A stretch of DNA of 64,000 nucleotides, from the NCBI GenBank assembly GCA_029067355.1, contig JAIEEQ010000011.1, forward strand, positions 2,208-66,207. Direction: 5' to 3'. The stretch comes from Anaeroplasmataceae bacterium. Lineage in GTDB: Bacteria; Bacillota_I; Bacilli_A; Acholeplasmatales; Anaeroplasmataceae. The notes beneath the pieces are model-generated. The model made no database searches. It had not been told where the DNA came from and was given only the letters and a program-made list of their open reading frames with translations. The position numbers and the translations under genes are program-made. Position 1 is the stretch's first letter; the number at the start of each line of letters is the position of its first letter. This document shows, one piece after another, positions 9,321 to 19,421 of this stretch.

Positions 9321-10430
9321 ATGTTTGACAATGTAAAGAAAAATTTCGGATTTGGTTGTATGAGATTACCAATGAAAAATGATGAGGTTGATTATGAGCT
9401 GTTGAATCAAATGGTAGATACTTTTTTAGAGCAGGGCTTCAATTATTTTGATACGGCACATGGCTATGTTGGTACAAAAAGTGAAATTGCTGTAAGGGAA
9501 AGTCTTGTTAAAAGACATTCAAGAGAGAGCTTTATTCTAACAGATAAGCTGACAGAGGCCTATTTTAAATCACAAGCAGATATTCGTCCTTTTTTTGAAA
9601 GTCAGCTTGAGGCCTGTGGAGTATCCTATTTTGATTTTTATTTAATGCATGCTCAAAATAAGAAAAATTTTCAGTTTTTTAAAGAGTGTCAGGCTTATGA
9701 AACGGCCTTTGCCTTAAAGAGTGAGGGTAAAATAAAACATGTTGGATTGTCCTTTCATGATACAGCGGAGGTATTAGATCAGATTTTAACAGAATATCCT
9801 CAAATTGAGGTTGTTCAGATTCAGTTGAATTATATTGATTTTGAGGATCCAGCAATTCAATCTCGGAAATGCTATGAGATTTGTCGCAAGCATCATAAGC
9901 CTGTTATTATTATGGAGCCTGTAAAGGGTGGGAATCTTGTGAACCTACCAGATGCTGCACAAAAGATTTTTACTGAGCTACATGGAGGAAGTAATGCAAG
10001 CTATGCTATTCGATTTGCTGCTGGCTTTGAAGGTGTATTTATGGTTCTTTCAGGAATGAGTAATATGGAACAATTGCTAGACAATATTTCCTATATGAAG
10101 GATTTTCAACCATTAAATAAGCAGGAAAAGGAAGCAGTAGCTAAGGTATGTGGTGTTTTCAAGGAAATGAATTTAATTGCTTGTACAGCATGCAGATATT
10201 GTATTGATGGATGTCCTAAGCAAATTTCTATTCCTGATTTATTTGCTTGTATGAATACGAAAAATCTATATCATGACTGGAATGCAAATTATTATTACCA
10301 GATTCATACAAGAACAAAGGGGAAAGCCTCTGATTGTATTGCGTGTGGAAAATGTGAAAGAGTGTGTCCACAGCATTTACCAATTCGCAAGATCTTAAAG
10401 GAAGCAGTTCAAGAATTTGAAAGCAAGTAA
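9321..10430 (+). CDS. Aldo/keto reductase fused to a C-terminal 2x[4Fe-4S] ferredoxin-like domain
   Basis: AKR N-terminus (FDTAHGY, LSFHD) plus CRYCIDGCP and CIACGKCERVCP cluster motifs. Confidence 0.8.
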   Translation: MFDNVKKNFGFGCMRLPMKNDEVDYELLNQMVDTFLEQGFNYFDTAHGYVGTKSEIAVRESLVKRHSRESFILTDKLTEAYFKSQADIRPFFESQLEACGVSYFDFYLMHAQNKKNFQFFKECQAYETAFALKSEGKIKHVGLSFHDTAEVLDQILTEYPQIEVVQIQLNYIDFEDPAIQSRKCYEICRKHHKPVIIMEPVKGGNLVNLPDAAQKIFTELHGGSNASYAIRFAAGFEGVFMVLSGMSNMEQLLDNISYMKDFQPLNKQEKEAVAKVCGVFKEMNLIACTACRYCIDGCPKQISIPDLFACMNTKNLYHDWNANYYYQIHTRTKGKASDCIACGKCERVCPQHLPIRKILKEAVQEFESK

Positions 10431-10478
10431 TTTTTCTTAGTATGAGATATAGCATAGATTGAAAAAGGGTGGTGTACA

Positions 10479-11378
10479 ATGTATAATTTACAGCTTCTTA
10501 CATTTATTTCTGTTGCAGAGCAGGGTAGCTTTTCTAAAGCAGCAGATGCGTTGTTTATCTCTCCTACTGCGGTTATGAAGCAGATAAATGCGCTAGAAGA
10601 ACGGTTAGGGATTTCAGTTTTTTCTCGAACAAATCAAGGACTTGAGCTTACTGAAGCTGGAAAAAGTCTTTTGGAGGATGCAAAGTATATCATTGACTAT
10701 TCTTTTAAAGCAGTAGAAAAGGCAAAAAAAATTGAAGATCAGGAGAAATATCAAACCATACGCATTGGAACCTCTATAATGACGCCTGCTAAATTTCTTC
10801 TTGATGTATGGAATGATATTCACCAAAAAAATCCTTTTCTTAAACTAGAACTCATCCCCTTTGATAATAATACTGTGAATTCTGTTGAAATCTTAAAAAA
10901 TTTAGGAAAGCATATTGATATTGTTGCGGGCTTATATGATGAAGAGTTTCTAAAGGAACGGCAATGCAATGCTGCATTCTTATACAATAAAAAGCTTCTA
11001 TTTGCAATTCCTGTAACTCATGAGCTCCATAGTAAAACAGAAATAACAATGCAGGATTTAAAAAATAAAAGAGTACTATTGATTCATAAAAATTGGAATA
11101 AGTTTATTGATGCCTTAAGAGAAGATTTAATAAGAAACAATGTTATAGTTGAAGATTTTGATTTGTTTAATATTGTTGCGTTCAATCAAGCGGTGAAAGA
11201 AAATATTCCAATTATTACTGTGGAAGGTTGGGAAGATGTTCATCCTCTTTTAAAGATTGTCCCATCAAATTGGGAGTATAGAATTCCCTTTGGAATCTTC
11301 TATTCCTTACAGCCAGAAAAGCACATTAAGAATTTTATAGAAATACTACAAGAAATTACAACGGTCGAATTAGGGTAA
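10479..11378 (+). CDS. LysR-family transcriptional regulator
   Basis: N-terminal wHTH (FISVAEQGSFSKAADALFISPTAVMKQINALEERLG) plus a LysR substrate-binding domain. Confidence 0.85.
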   Translation: MYNLQLLTFISVAEQGSFSKAADALFISPTAVMKQINALEERLGISVFSRTNQGLELTEAGKSLLEDAKYIIDYSFKAVEKAKKIEDQEKYQTIRIGTSIMTPAKFLLDVWNDIHQKNPFLKLELIPFDNNTVNSVEILKNLGKHIDIVAGLYDEEFLKERQCNAAFLYNKKLLFAIPVTHELHSKTEITMQDLKNKRVLLIHKNWNKFIDALREDLIRNNVIVEDFDLFNIVAFNQAVKENIPIITVEGWEDVHPLLKIVPSNWEYRIPFGIFYSLQPEKHIKNFIEILQEITTVELG

Positions 11379-11405
11379 GCAGAAATCTGTTTACCCTTTT
11401 TGTTT
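11373..11405 (+). terminator. Intrinsic terminator after the LysR gene
   Basis: GGGTAAGCAG-AAAT-CTGTTTACCC (10-bp stem, one G.U pair) followed by TTTTTGTTT. The stop codon lies in the stem. Confidence 0.7.
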
Positions 11406-11501
11406 GAACTAAAAGTTTATGCGATGAACAAATAGGAAATTCCTTTTTTTGATATTTCATTTTAAAATTAAGTTGTATAAAGAATTTGGAGGAAATTTAG
11501 A

Positions 11502-12389
11502 ATGAAATATGTAACATTATCAAATGGTGTAAAGATGCCAATGCTGGGATATGGTGTTTATCAGGTTTCTAAGGATGAATGTGAGCGTTGTGTTCTTGAT
11601 GCCCTTTCTTTAGGATATCGTCATATTGATACAGCACAAAGCTATTTTAATGAGGAGGAGGTAGGAAATGCGATTGTAAAATCTGGTATACCTAGAGAAG
11701 AAATATTTATTACAACTAAAGTTTGGTTGGAGCATTATGGGTATGAGGAAACAAAAAAATCAATTTATGATTCGTTATGTAAATTACAAACCAGTTATAT
11801 TGATTTGGTTTTACTTCATCAGCCTTTTGCAGATATTTATGGAGCTTGGAGAGCTTTAGAGGATTTATATGCGGATGGAAAGATTAAAGCTATTGGTATT
11901 TCTAACTTTTATCCAGACAGAATGATAGATATTTGTAGCTTTGCCCGGATAAAGCCAATGGTTAATCAAATTGAGCTTCATCCTTTAAATCAGCAGATAG
12001 ATGCTCAAAAATGGAATGAAAAGTATGGGGTACAGGTGGAGGCTTGGGCTCCATTTGGAGAAGGCCGTGGCGGATTATTTACAAATGAAGTGATTGCAGA
12101 AATTGGTAAGAAGTATAATAAAACAAATGCTCAGGTGATATTACGCTGGGAGCTACAACGAGGGATTGTTATCATCCCTAAGTCTGTACATAAGGAGCGT
12201 ATGGCACAGAATCTAGATGTGTTTGATTTTGAATTGACAGAAGAGGATATGAAGGTAATGTCAAGCTTGGATAAACAAGAGAGTTCCTTTTTCTCTCACA
12301 GAGATCCAAATATGGTAGAATGGTTTGCTAAGATGGTAGAAGAAAGAAAGCATAATAAAAACCACAAGAAGGAAAAAAAGAATTGGTAA
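11502..12389 (+). CDS. Aldo/keto reductase (2,5-diketo-D-gluconate reductase-like)
   Basis: GYRHIDTAQSY, LHQP and IPKS motifs typical of the AKR superfamily. Confidence 0.9.
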   Translation: MKYVTLSNGVKMPMLGYGVYQVSKDECERCVLDALSLGYRHIDTAQSYFNEEEVGNAIVKSGIPREEIFITTKVWLEHYGYEETKKSIYDSLCKLQTSYIDLVLLHQPFADIYGAWRALEDLYADGKIKAIGISNFYPDRMIDICSFARIKPMVNQIELHPLNQQIDAQKWNEKYGVQVEAWAPFGEGRGGLFTNEVIAEIGKKYNKTNAQVILRWELQRGIVIIPKSVHKERMAQNLDVFDFELTEEDMKVMSSLDKQESSFFSHRDPNMVEWFAKMVEERKHNKNHKKEKKNW

Positions 12390-12397
12390 GGAGAAAA

Positions 12398-13051
12398 ATG
12401 AACATGAAAAAGCTAATTTCAATTTTAGGAACTGCACTTTGCTTTCTTTTCCTGTTGGCATCCTGTGGAAAAGAAGCTGAGGTTCCGCCTATTGTCCCTG
12501 ATGAAAATCGTCCAACATTTGAGGATGCAACTACCTTAGTCATCTATTTTTCACAGCCAGATAATGTAGATAATAGTTCCGTAGTCATTGAAGGAGAAAT
12601 CTTAGGAAATACACAGTATATGGCATATGTTATTCAAGAAAATACGAATGCAGATATCTTTCGTATTCTTCCTGAAATCCCTTATCCAACAGATCATAGT
12701 ACACTTGTAGATTTAGCAAGTGAGGAAAAAAGTCAGGGAGCACGTCCAGCAATAAAGGATACTATCAAAAATTTTGAAAAATATGATGTCATATTTGTTG
12801 GATATCCAAATTGGTGGGGAGATATGCCAATGATCTTATATACACTTTTTGATACCTATGATTTTAGCAATAAGGTGATTATTCCATTTAATACACATGG
12901 TGGAAGTGGTTTTTCTAATACTATTTCAACAATCAAAAGGCTTGAGCCTCTGGCAGAAGTAAAGGATGGGAAATCTATTTCAAGAAATCATATTCAAGAC
13001 GCAGAACAAGAGATTATAGATTGGGTTGTTCAGTTAGGCTTTAAAAAATAA
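12398..13051 (+). CDS. Flavodoxin-like lipoprotein
   Basis: AAGGAG RBS and an LLASC lipobox. VIYFS...GYPNWWGDMPM...IIPFNTHGGSG matches the short flavodoxin-like family. Confidence 0.7.
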   Translation: MNMKKLISILGTALCFLFLLASCGKEAEVPPIVPDENRPTFEDATTLVIYFSQPDNVDNSSVVIEGEILGNTQYMAYVIQENTNADIFRILPEIPYPTDHSTLVDLASEEKSQGARPAIKDTIKNFEKYDVIFVGYPNWWGDMPMILYTLFDTYDFSNKVIIPFNTHGGSGFSNTISTIKRLEPLAEVKDGKSISRNHIQDAEQEIIDWVVQLGFKK

Positions 13052-13068
13052 AAAAGGAGAAAGACAAA

Positions 13069-13626
13069 ATGAAAAAGAATTTTGGAGCACAGACATGGGT
13101 ATATCCTATGCCAGTGTTTATTATTGCAACATATGATGAAAATGGAAATCCAGATGCTATGAATGCAGCATGGGGAGGGATTGTAGACAGAGGATATATT
13201 GGATTATGTCTGTCAGCTTCCCATAAAACCACAAAGAATATAATAAAAAATAAAGCTTTTACAGTTAGCGTTGCAGATACTAAGCACAGGATTGAAGCAG
13301 ATTATGTAGGAGTAGAGTCAGCAAATCAAGTTCCTAATAAGATAGAAAAATCAGGCTTTACTATGGTGAAAAGTGAGTTTGTCAATGCACCTGTTATAAA
13401 TGAGCTTCCAATGGCTTTAGAATGTGAGTATATAAAAACAACTCAAGAGGGTCTTATTATAGGAAAAATTATAAATGTCTGTGCTGATGAGGAGGTACTA
13501 TCTGAAAATGGGAAAATTGATCCTGCAAAATTTTCTCCAATCACCTTTGACCCCGTGAATAATACGTATATTGCCTTAGGGAATCCAGTTGGTAATGCAT
13601 TTTCTGATGGGACAAAGCTAAAGTGA
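13069..13626 (+). CDS. Flavin reductase-like FMN-binding domain protein (cytoplasmic)
   Basis: Split-barrel flavin reductase pattern (PVFIIATYDENGNPDAMNAAWGG...). No signal peptide. Confidence 0.7.
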   Translation: MKKNFGAQTWVYPMPVFIIATYDENGNPDAMNAAWGGIVDRGYIGLCLSASHKTTKNIIKNKAFTVSVADTKHRIEADYVGVESANQVPNKIEKSGFTMVKSEFVNAPVINELPMALECEYIKTTQEGLIIGKIINVCADEEVLSENGKIDPAKFSPITFDPVNNTYIALGNPVGNAFSDGTKLK

Positions 13627-13627
13627 T

Positions 13628-14611
13628 ATGGAAAAGAGAAGATTAGGAAAAACGGATTTATTTGTTAATCCTGTTGGTCTTGGATGTATGGGCTTATCTC
13701 ATGCTTATGGGACAGCGACAGATGAGAGTGCTGCTATTCAATTTTTGAGAGAAGCCTATGAGGCTGGATATAATTTTTTTGATACAGCTGAATGCTATAC
13801 TGGTCAAAATGAAGATGGTACTACAAGCAATAATGAAAGTATAGTTGGTAGGGCTTTAAAGGGGTTTAGAAAAATGGTTATTATTGCAACCAAGTTTGGG
13901 GTTTCTCATAAGGGAGAATATTTGGAATTGGATTCCTCACCCAAAAGAATTAGAGAATCTCTTGAAGGATCTCTTGCTAGATTACAAACCAATTATATAG
14001 ACTTATATTATCAACATAGAATTGACCCTAAGGTAGCACCAGAGGTGGTAGCTTCTGTAATGAAGGAATTTATTGCTGAGGGCAAGATAAAGGCTTGGGG
14101 AATCAGCGAAGCTAATGAGGAGTACATAAGAAGAGCACATGCTGTTTGTCCAGTTACAGCAATACAAAATCGATATTCTATGCTTGCAAGAGGATATGAA
14201 AGTTTATTTCCTCTTTGTGAGGAATTAGGAATAACCTTTGTAGCTTTTTCACCTTTAGGAAATGGGTTTTTATCCTGTATTTATAATGAAAATTCAACAT
14301 TTGAAAAAGGGGATTTTAGAAATTCAATGCCTCAATATACAGAAGAAGGATTCAAAAGAGCAAAAGCTCTTATTGAATTACTAAAGACAATGGCAGCAAA
14401 AAAGAAGACTTCTCCTGCACAACTATCTTTGGCTTGGATGCTATGCAAAAATAAGAATCTAGTAACGATTCCTGGTAGCAGAAAAATAGAAAATATGAAA
14501 TCCAATTTTGAAGCAGGAAATGTGATTATTACAAAGGAAGAACTTATTCAAATAGATGATTTATTAGATCAATCAAATATCCCTGTGTTTGAGGGACATC
14601 AATCTAAATAA
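13628..14611 (+). CDS. Aldo/keto reductase (AKR11/YhdN-like)
   Basis: LGCMGLSHAYG, FDTAECY and YYQHRIDP motifs. Confidence 0.9.
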   Translation: MEKRRLGKTDLFVNPVGLGCMGLSHAYGTATDESAAIQFLREAYEAGYNFFDTAECYTGQNEDGTTSNNESIVGRALKGFRKMVIIATKFGVSHKGEYLELDSSPKRIRESLEGSLARLQTNYIDLYYQHRIDPKVAPEVVASVMKEFIAEGKIKAWGISEANEEYIRRAHAVCPVTAIQNRYSMLARGYESLFPLCEELGITFVAFSPLGNGFLSCIYNENSTFEKGDFRNSMPQYTEEGFKRAKALIELLKTMAAKKKTSPAQLSLAWMLCKNKNLVTIPGSRKIENMKSNFEAGNVIITKEELIQIDDLLDQSNIPVFEGHQSK

Positions 14612-14626
14612 AAGGAAGTGGAAGAT

Positions 14627-16462
14627 ATGAAAAAAATTTTAAAATCAATATATTTATTACTTGGATGCTTTATGGTTTTATTTGTTTTGGCATCTTGTAC
14701 AACTCATGGAGGAGAAAATCCTCCAACAAATGATACTCCTCCTTCTGAGGAGGAGATAACCCTAGACAACGACTTTGTTGTATCCAGCAAGATTTTGATT
14801 GTCTATTTTTCAAAAACGAATACAACAGAGGACGTTGCTTTAAGAATTAAAGAATATACAAATGCAGATATTTTTGAAATTGAAAGAAAAGAACCTTATC
14901 CAGAGGAATACACACCAACAACAGAGGAAGCCAAGGAAGAAAAGGACACGAATGCTCGACCACTTTTGAAAGCTTATTTACCTAAGGAAGTTATTTCACA
15001 ATATGATACTATTTTTGTTGGGTTTCCTATTTGGTGGCATACTGCCCCTATGCCTGTTCTAAGCTTTCTCAATTTCTATGATTTTTCTGGAAAAACCATT
15101 TATACCTTCTGTACAGCTGCTTCTAGTCCAATTACAGAAAGTACCGCTGATATCAAGAGCAATAGCAAAGGAGCCACAGTGATTGAGGGAAAGAAGTTTT
15201 CTAGAAATGATAGTGGTATAGAGGAATGGATTCATTCTTTAAATTTGGAAATTAAAAATGAAGTAGGAGAAGAAACAGCTGGTCTAACCTATGAAAAAAA
15301 TGGTAATTCTTATACTGTGACAGGTTCAGGAGATGCAGAAGAAATTGTTATTCCTGCAATACATGAAGGATTACCTGTAACTGAAATAGGAGAAAGCGCC
15401 TTTGCATATAGCAGACATAATGCAAAAATTACCTCTGTTGTCCTTCCTGATTCAGTTGAGATTATTGGATTAAATGCTTTTTACAATAGAAGTGAGCTTA
15501 TATCTGTAAAAATAGGAGAAAACAGCCAACTTAAAACGATAGGAAAAAATGCATTTTCAGGAAACCATTCTTTAACAAGTATTTATATTCCGTCAGGTGT
15601 TGTTGAAATAGGAGATAGTGCTTTTAATAATTGTGGTGCATTAGATTCTATTGTGGTTGCGAGTGATAATCCAATTTATTCTAGTGAGGGAAATGCTTTA
15701 ATTGAAACAGCAAGTCATACCCTACTACGAGGAACAAATCGTACAACAATCTCTACTGGTGTTACAAGCATTGCAGATTCTGCATTTAGAAGGTGTACAA
15801 CTTTAGAAGAACTATCCATTCCATCAACTATTCAAAAAATTGGAAATTATTTTATTGCGGATAGCAGTATAACAAAAATTGTGTATCAGGGTACAGAAGA
15901 GCAATGGAACGCCATAGATAAAAGTGATAGAATGTGGAATTATGGAAATCGTGATGTTGAAGTAGAATTCAAAACAGAATCTAAAATTTTAATTGCTTAT
16001 TTTTCTTGGTCAGGAACAACAACGAGATTAGCTGAACATATTAAGAATCAAATTCCTGATGCCACAATGTTTCAGATTGAAAGAGTAACCCCATATAGTA
16101 CAGATTATAATACTGTGGCTTATGGAGAGGCAAAGGAGGAAGCGGATAGTAATGCTCGTCCTCCAGTTAAAAATTTACTTTCCGAAGAAGAGATGAGTGA
16201 GTTTGATATAATTATTCTTGCTTATCCAATTTGGTGGCATACTGCCCCTATGGTGGTAGGAACTTTCCTTGAAACCTACAATTTGGAAAATGTTGATATT
16301 TATCCAATCACACAATCAGCTTCTATGAATACTGCACAATTTGCAGAGTCCTTTGAATTTATAAAGGAGTGTGCAAAAAATGCCAATGTTTTTGAAGGCC
16401 TTGGAACAAAGAGTACAAGCGTGATTGATGATTATTTATTGAAATATAGTTTATTGCCATAG
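14627..16462 (+). CDS. Lipoprotein: flavodoxin-like domain, BspA-type leucine-rich repeats, then a second flavodoxin-like domain
   Basis: LASC lipobox. Two copies of the YFS..(T/G)TT...PIWWHTAPM module, which share an identical 26-nt stretch at about 15030 and 16225. They flank IGxxAFxxCxxLxSIxIP-type repeats. Confidence 0.75.
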   Translation: MKKILKSIYLLLGCFMVLFVLASCTTHGGENPPTNDTPPSEEEITLDNDFVVSSKILIVYFSKTNTTEDVALRIKEYTNADIFEIERKEPYPEEYTPTTEEAKEEKDTNARPLLKAYLPKEVISQYDTIFVGFPIWWHTAPMPVLSFLNFYDFSGKTIYTFCTAASSPITESTADIKSNSKGATVIEGKKFSRNDSGIEEWIHSLNLEIKNEVGEETAGLTYEKNGNSYTVTGSGDAEEIVIPAIHEGLPVTEIGESAFAYSRHNAKITSVVLPDSVEIIGLNAFYNRSELISVKIGENSQLKTIGKNAFSGNHSLTSIYIPSGVVEIGDSAFNNCGALDSIVVASDNPIYSSEGNALIETASHTLLRGTNRTTISTGVTSIADSAFRRCTTLEELSIPSTIQKIGNYFIADSSITKIVYQGTEEQWNAIDKSDRMWNYGNRDVEVEFKTESKILIAYFSWSGTTTRLAEHIKNQIPDATMFQIERVTPYSTDYNTVAYGEAKEEADSNARPPVKNLLSEEEMSEFDIIILAYPIWWHTAPMVVGTFLETYNLENVDIYPITQSASMNTAQFAESFEFIKECAKNANVFEGLGTKSTSVIDDYLLKYSLLP

Positions 16463-16471
16463 GAGATAAAT

Positions 16472-16846
16472 ATGAGAGAAATTAAAGAAAAGGCCATTCT
16501 ACAAATAGGGAATAGCAATATAAATATTGGCTTTTATGATATGGAAATTGCTTCTGAATTTATAAAGCAATTTCCATTGAACTTGGTTTTGGAACAAGCC
16601 ATGAACCGTGAATATTGTAGTGATGCTTTACCTTTTGTACCAGTTTGTAAAGAGCATAATCAAACTTTCTTTGAGGTTGGAGATTTAGCGTATTGGAAAA
16701 AAGGAAATGCGTTTGCGTTTTTCTATGCAGAAGGGATAAGTCAGGAGGTTCCTTCTGGCATTGTCGTGCTTGGTAAGATTTTGTCAGATTTATCCATATT
16801 TAGAGATATGCCTGCAAGTATCAAGATTATATTGAAGAAGCAATAA
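16472..16846 (+). CDS. Cyclophilin-like-fold protein (cytoplasmic)
   Basis: GDLAYWKKGNAFAFFY...VVLGKI pattern of the cyclophilin-like family that commonly neighbours flavodoxins. Confidence 0.55.
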   Translation: MREIKEKAILQIGNSNINIGFYDMEIASEFIKQFPLNLVLEQAMNREYCSDALPFVPVCKEHNQTFFEVGDLAYWKKGNAFAFFYAEGISQEVPSGIVVLGKILSDLSIFRDMPASIKIILKKQ

Positions 16847-16851
16847 AGCCT

Positions 16852-17394
16852 ATGAAAAAACTTTTGAATATCTTATTATTAGCTATATTATTCCTTTTGT
16901 CCTCTTGTGGGACATCTGATTTACCAGATTCTTCTTTGGATTTTAATCCTCCTAAGGATGATACTGAAAATATTAAGGAAGAGGATAAGAGAGGAAAAGT
17001 GGATACAGAAGTCTATAACACAGCATCTGTTTATGTTAAATTAAAAATCATAGCAGGCAATATAGAAATTGAAGCGATCCTGTTTGATAATCAAACCTCA
17101 AGAAGTGTTGCAGAAATGCTACCCTTAACCATAGAGATATGGCAACCTGCCTTAGGGTTTGCGAGTGCTTTTGATTTGCCACAGAGCTTTCCTTATTTTG
17201 AGCAGGAGCCTCCTCAAAGAGGCTATGAACTTGGGTCCCTAGCTTATTGGATGCCAGGACCAAGTATAGCTATGATTTATAATGATGATAGATACCAGAC
17301 GGTTGTTCCAGTTGTTCCGATTGGAAAGATCAATGGGGATATACGTTTCTTAGAAAGCTATGAAGGAACAATAACAATTGAAGCTGTGGAATGA
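16852..17394 (+). CDS. Cyclophilin-like-fold lipoprotein
   Basis: LSSC lipobox. The GSLAYWMPGPSIAMIYND...PIGKI pattern is paralogous to the preceding ORF. Confidence 0.55.
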   Translation: MKKLLNILLLAILFLLSSCGTSDLPDSSLDFNPPKDDTENIKEEDKRGKVDTEVYNTASVYVKLKIIAGNIEIEAILFDNQTSRSVAEMLPLTIEIWQPALGFASAFDLPQSFPYFEQEPPQRGYELGSLAYWMPGPSIAMIYNDDRYQTVVPVVPIGKINGDIRFLESYEGTITIEAVE

Positions 17395-17407
17395 AGGAGG
17401 TTCTAAA

Positions 17408-18100
17408 ATGGCAAAAAAAATAATCAAATTATTTGTTGATGCTGTTATGTTTGTTTTGTTTTTACTTCTTATGGAGGAACATTTAATATCAGATGGGATA
17501 CATGAATGGTTAGGGATTACTTTATTTTTGTTGTTTATTATTCATCTTCTATTAAACATAAAGTGGTTTTCCAAAATAGGGAAAGGAAAATATTCAGGTT
17601 ATCGAATTACCCTGCTTGTTGTAGATTTAAATCTGGCAGTAGCTATGATATGCTGTATACTCAGTTCCATTTTTGTTTCAGGCGTAGTCTTTGCAGGTCT
17701 GAATTTGCGAGGTAAGGAGTTTGGCAGAACCTTACATTTGGTATCTACAGCATGGGCATTTATACTAATGGCTATCCATTTGGGATTGCATTGGAATATG
17801 GCTGTGGGTATGACAAAGAAGTTACCACTTTCCAAATTCAAAAGAAGTATTTTAAAATGGGGGTTTCGTGTTATTGTTTTAGGCTTGTGTATCTATGGAA
17901 TTGTTATATTTATTGAACGTAGATTTTACGAGGAGTTATTCTTTATAACCTCCTTTAAAAGCTTTGATATGTCTGTGCCTACCTTTGTTTATTTCTTTCA
18001 AACCTTTGCATTAGCAGTAGTTTTTATAGGAGCAACATATTATATAAAATCAATTTGTATTTTTGTAAAGAAGGAGCAACGAAATGAAAAAACGAATTAA
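17408..18100 (+). CDS. DUF4405-like integral membrane protein with two His pairs (possible di-haem b-type)
   Basis: GAAGGAGG RBS before the ATG at 17408. His32/His46 and His110/His124 each lie 14 residues apart in predicted TM helices. Confidence 0.5.
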   Translation: MAKKIIKLFVDAVMFVLFLLLMEEHLISDGIHEWLGITLFLLFIIHLLLNIKWFSKIGKGKYSGYRITLLVVDLNLAVAMICCILSSIFVSGVVFAGLNLRGKEFGRTLHLVSTAWAFILMAIHLGLHWNMAVGMTKKLPLSKFKRSILKWGFRVIVLGLCIYGIVIFIERRFYEELFFITSFKSFDMSVPTFVYFFQTFALAVVFIGATYYIKSICIFVKKEQRNEKTN

Positions 18101-18686
18101 TATAATCACAGGACTTATTTTAATTATTTTATCAATGCTATGGGCAAGCTCTTGTACCTCTGCAATAGCTATTGATAATGAACCAGAAAAGCCAGTAACA
18201 GGAAATAGTGAAGCTTTGGTAGTATATTTTTCATGGTCTGGGAATACGCAGATTTTAGCCAATATAATAGCAGAGAAAAGAAATGCGGATTTGTTTCGTA
18301 TAGTTCCAGAGGTTCCTTATACAAATGAAGATGTATTTAGTAGAGCACAGGAAGAGCTTAACAATGGAGTAAGACCGCCACTAGCAGAGCATATTGATCA
18401 TGAAATTATGGACAGATATGAAATTATTTATATTGGATTTCCTGTATGGTGGTATGATCTTCCTATGCCTGTTTGGAGTTTTTTAGAAGAGTATGATTTT
18501 TCTGGGAAAACCATAGTACCCTTCTTTTCTCATAATGGTAGTTCCTCAGGGGCAAGCAGTATTTCAACAATTCGTAGGCTTTGCCCTAATTCAACGATAA
18601 TAGAAAGGTATTTATCTATACGTGGGTCAAATGTAAATAGTGCTGAGGCAGACGTTATACAGTGGATTAATAATTTAAATATATAG
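18084..18686 (+). CDS. Flavodoxin-like lipoprotein
   Basis: ASSC lipobox. VVYFSWSGNTQ (FMN phosphate-loop-like), GFPVWWYDLPMP and FFSHNGSSSG motifs. Confidence 0.7.
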   Translation: MKKRINIITGLILIILSMLWASSCTSAIAIDNEPEKPVTGNSEALVVYFSWSGNTQILANIIAEKRNADLFRIVPEVPYTNEDVFSRAQEELNNGVRPPLAEHIDHEIMDRYEIIYIGFPVWWYDLPMPVWSFLEEYDFSGKTIVPFFSHNGSSSGASSISTIRRLCPNSTIIERYLSIRGSNVNSAEADVIQWINNLNI

Positions 18687-18699
18687 GAGAAATAAGAAA

Positions 18700-19407
18700 A
18701 TGAATAGACCTTATACAATATGTCATATATTTTGCGCTCTTGATGGCGCAATCGTAGGTAACTATATGTACGCTCCTGAAACAACGGCAGCAAGGGAACA
18801 GTATGGAAAGTTACGCGCAACCTTTAACAGCAATGCCATTTTATATGGAACAACGACAATGCTTGATTTTTGTGATGGATATGTAGATAATTTAAAAGCA
18901 AGCCAGCCAATCAATCGTGAGGACTATATTGTGGCATCTCAAGAAAAAAATTATGTTATTGCCATAGATTCTTTAGGAAAGCTTGCCTATTCTAATAATT
19001 GCTTAGTAAGACATGGAATAAAACAGCAAATTATTGTTGTATTGTCTACAAAAGTGGAGGATGCCTATCTGCAATACCTTCAACAGCTGAAAATTTCTTA
19101 TATTTTTGCAGGAGAAACTTCTTTAGATTGTGAAATTATTATGAAAAAATTAAAAGAGAAATTTGGAATAGAACGGCTTTTAATAGCAGGTGGAGGCTAT
19201 ACAGATTGGGCATTTGCAGATGCGGGAATGATAGATGAGCTAAGCTTGGTTTTAGCTCCAGCAGCAGATGGAGAACATCAGGTTAGTGTGTTTCAAAGAA
19301 ATGAATCTTCAAGGCATTCCTCTATAACCTTTACACTAAAAGAGGTTCAGCAGGTAAATGGGAATGGAGTATGGCTACGCTATACCTTCAATAATGCCAA
19401 AAAATAA
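18700..19407 (+). CDS. RibD C-terminal / dihydrofolate-reductase-like family protein
   Basis: ALDGAI...ILYGTTT...LLIAGGG...DELSLVLAP pattern. Confidence 0.65.
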   Translation: MNRPYTICHIFCALDGAIVGNYMYAPETTAAREQYGKLRATFNSNAILYGTTTMLDFCDGYVDNLKASQPINREDYIVASQEKNYVIAIDSLGKLAYSNNCLVRHGIKQQIIVVLSTKVEDAYLQYLQQLKISYIFAGETSLDCEIIMKKLKEKFGIERLLIAGGGYTDWAFADAGMIDELSLVLAPAADGEHQVSVFQRNESSRHSSITFTLKEVQQVNGNGVWLRYTFNNAKK

Positions 19408-19421
19408 AGGGGTGAGTAGGA

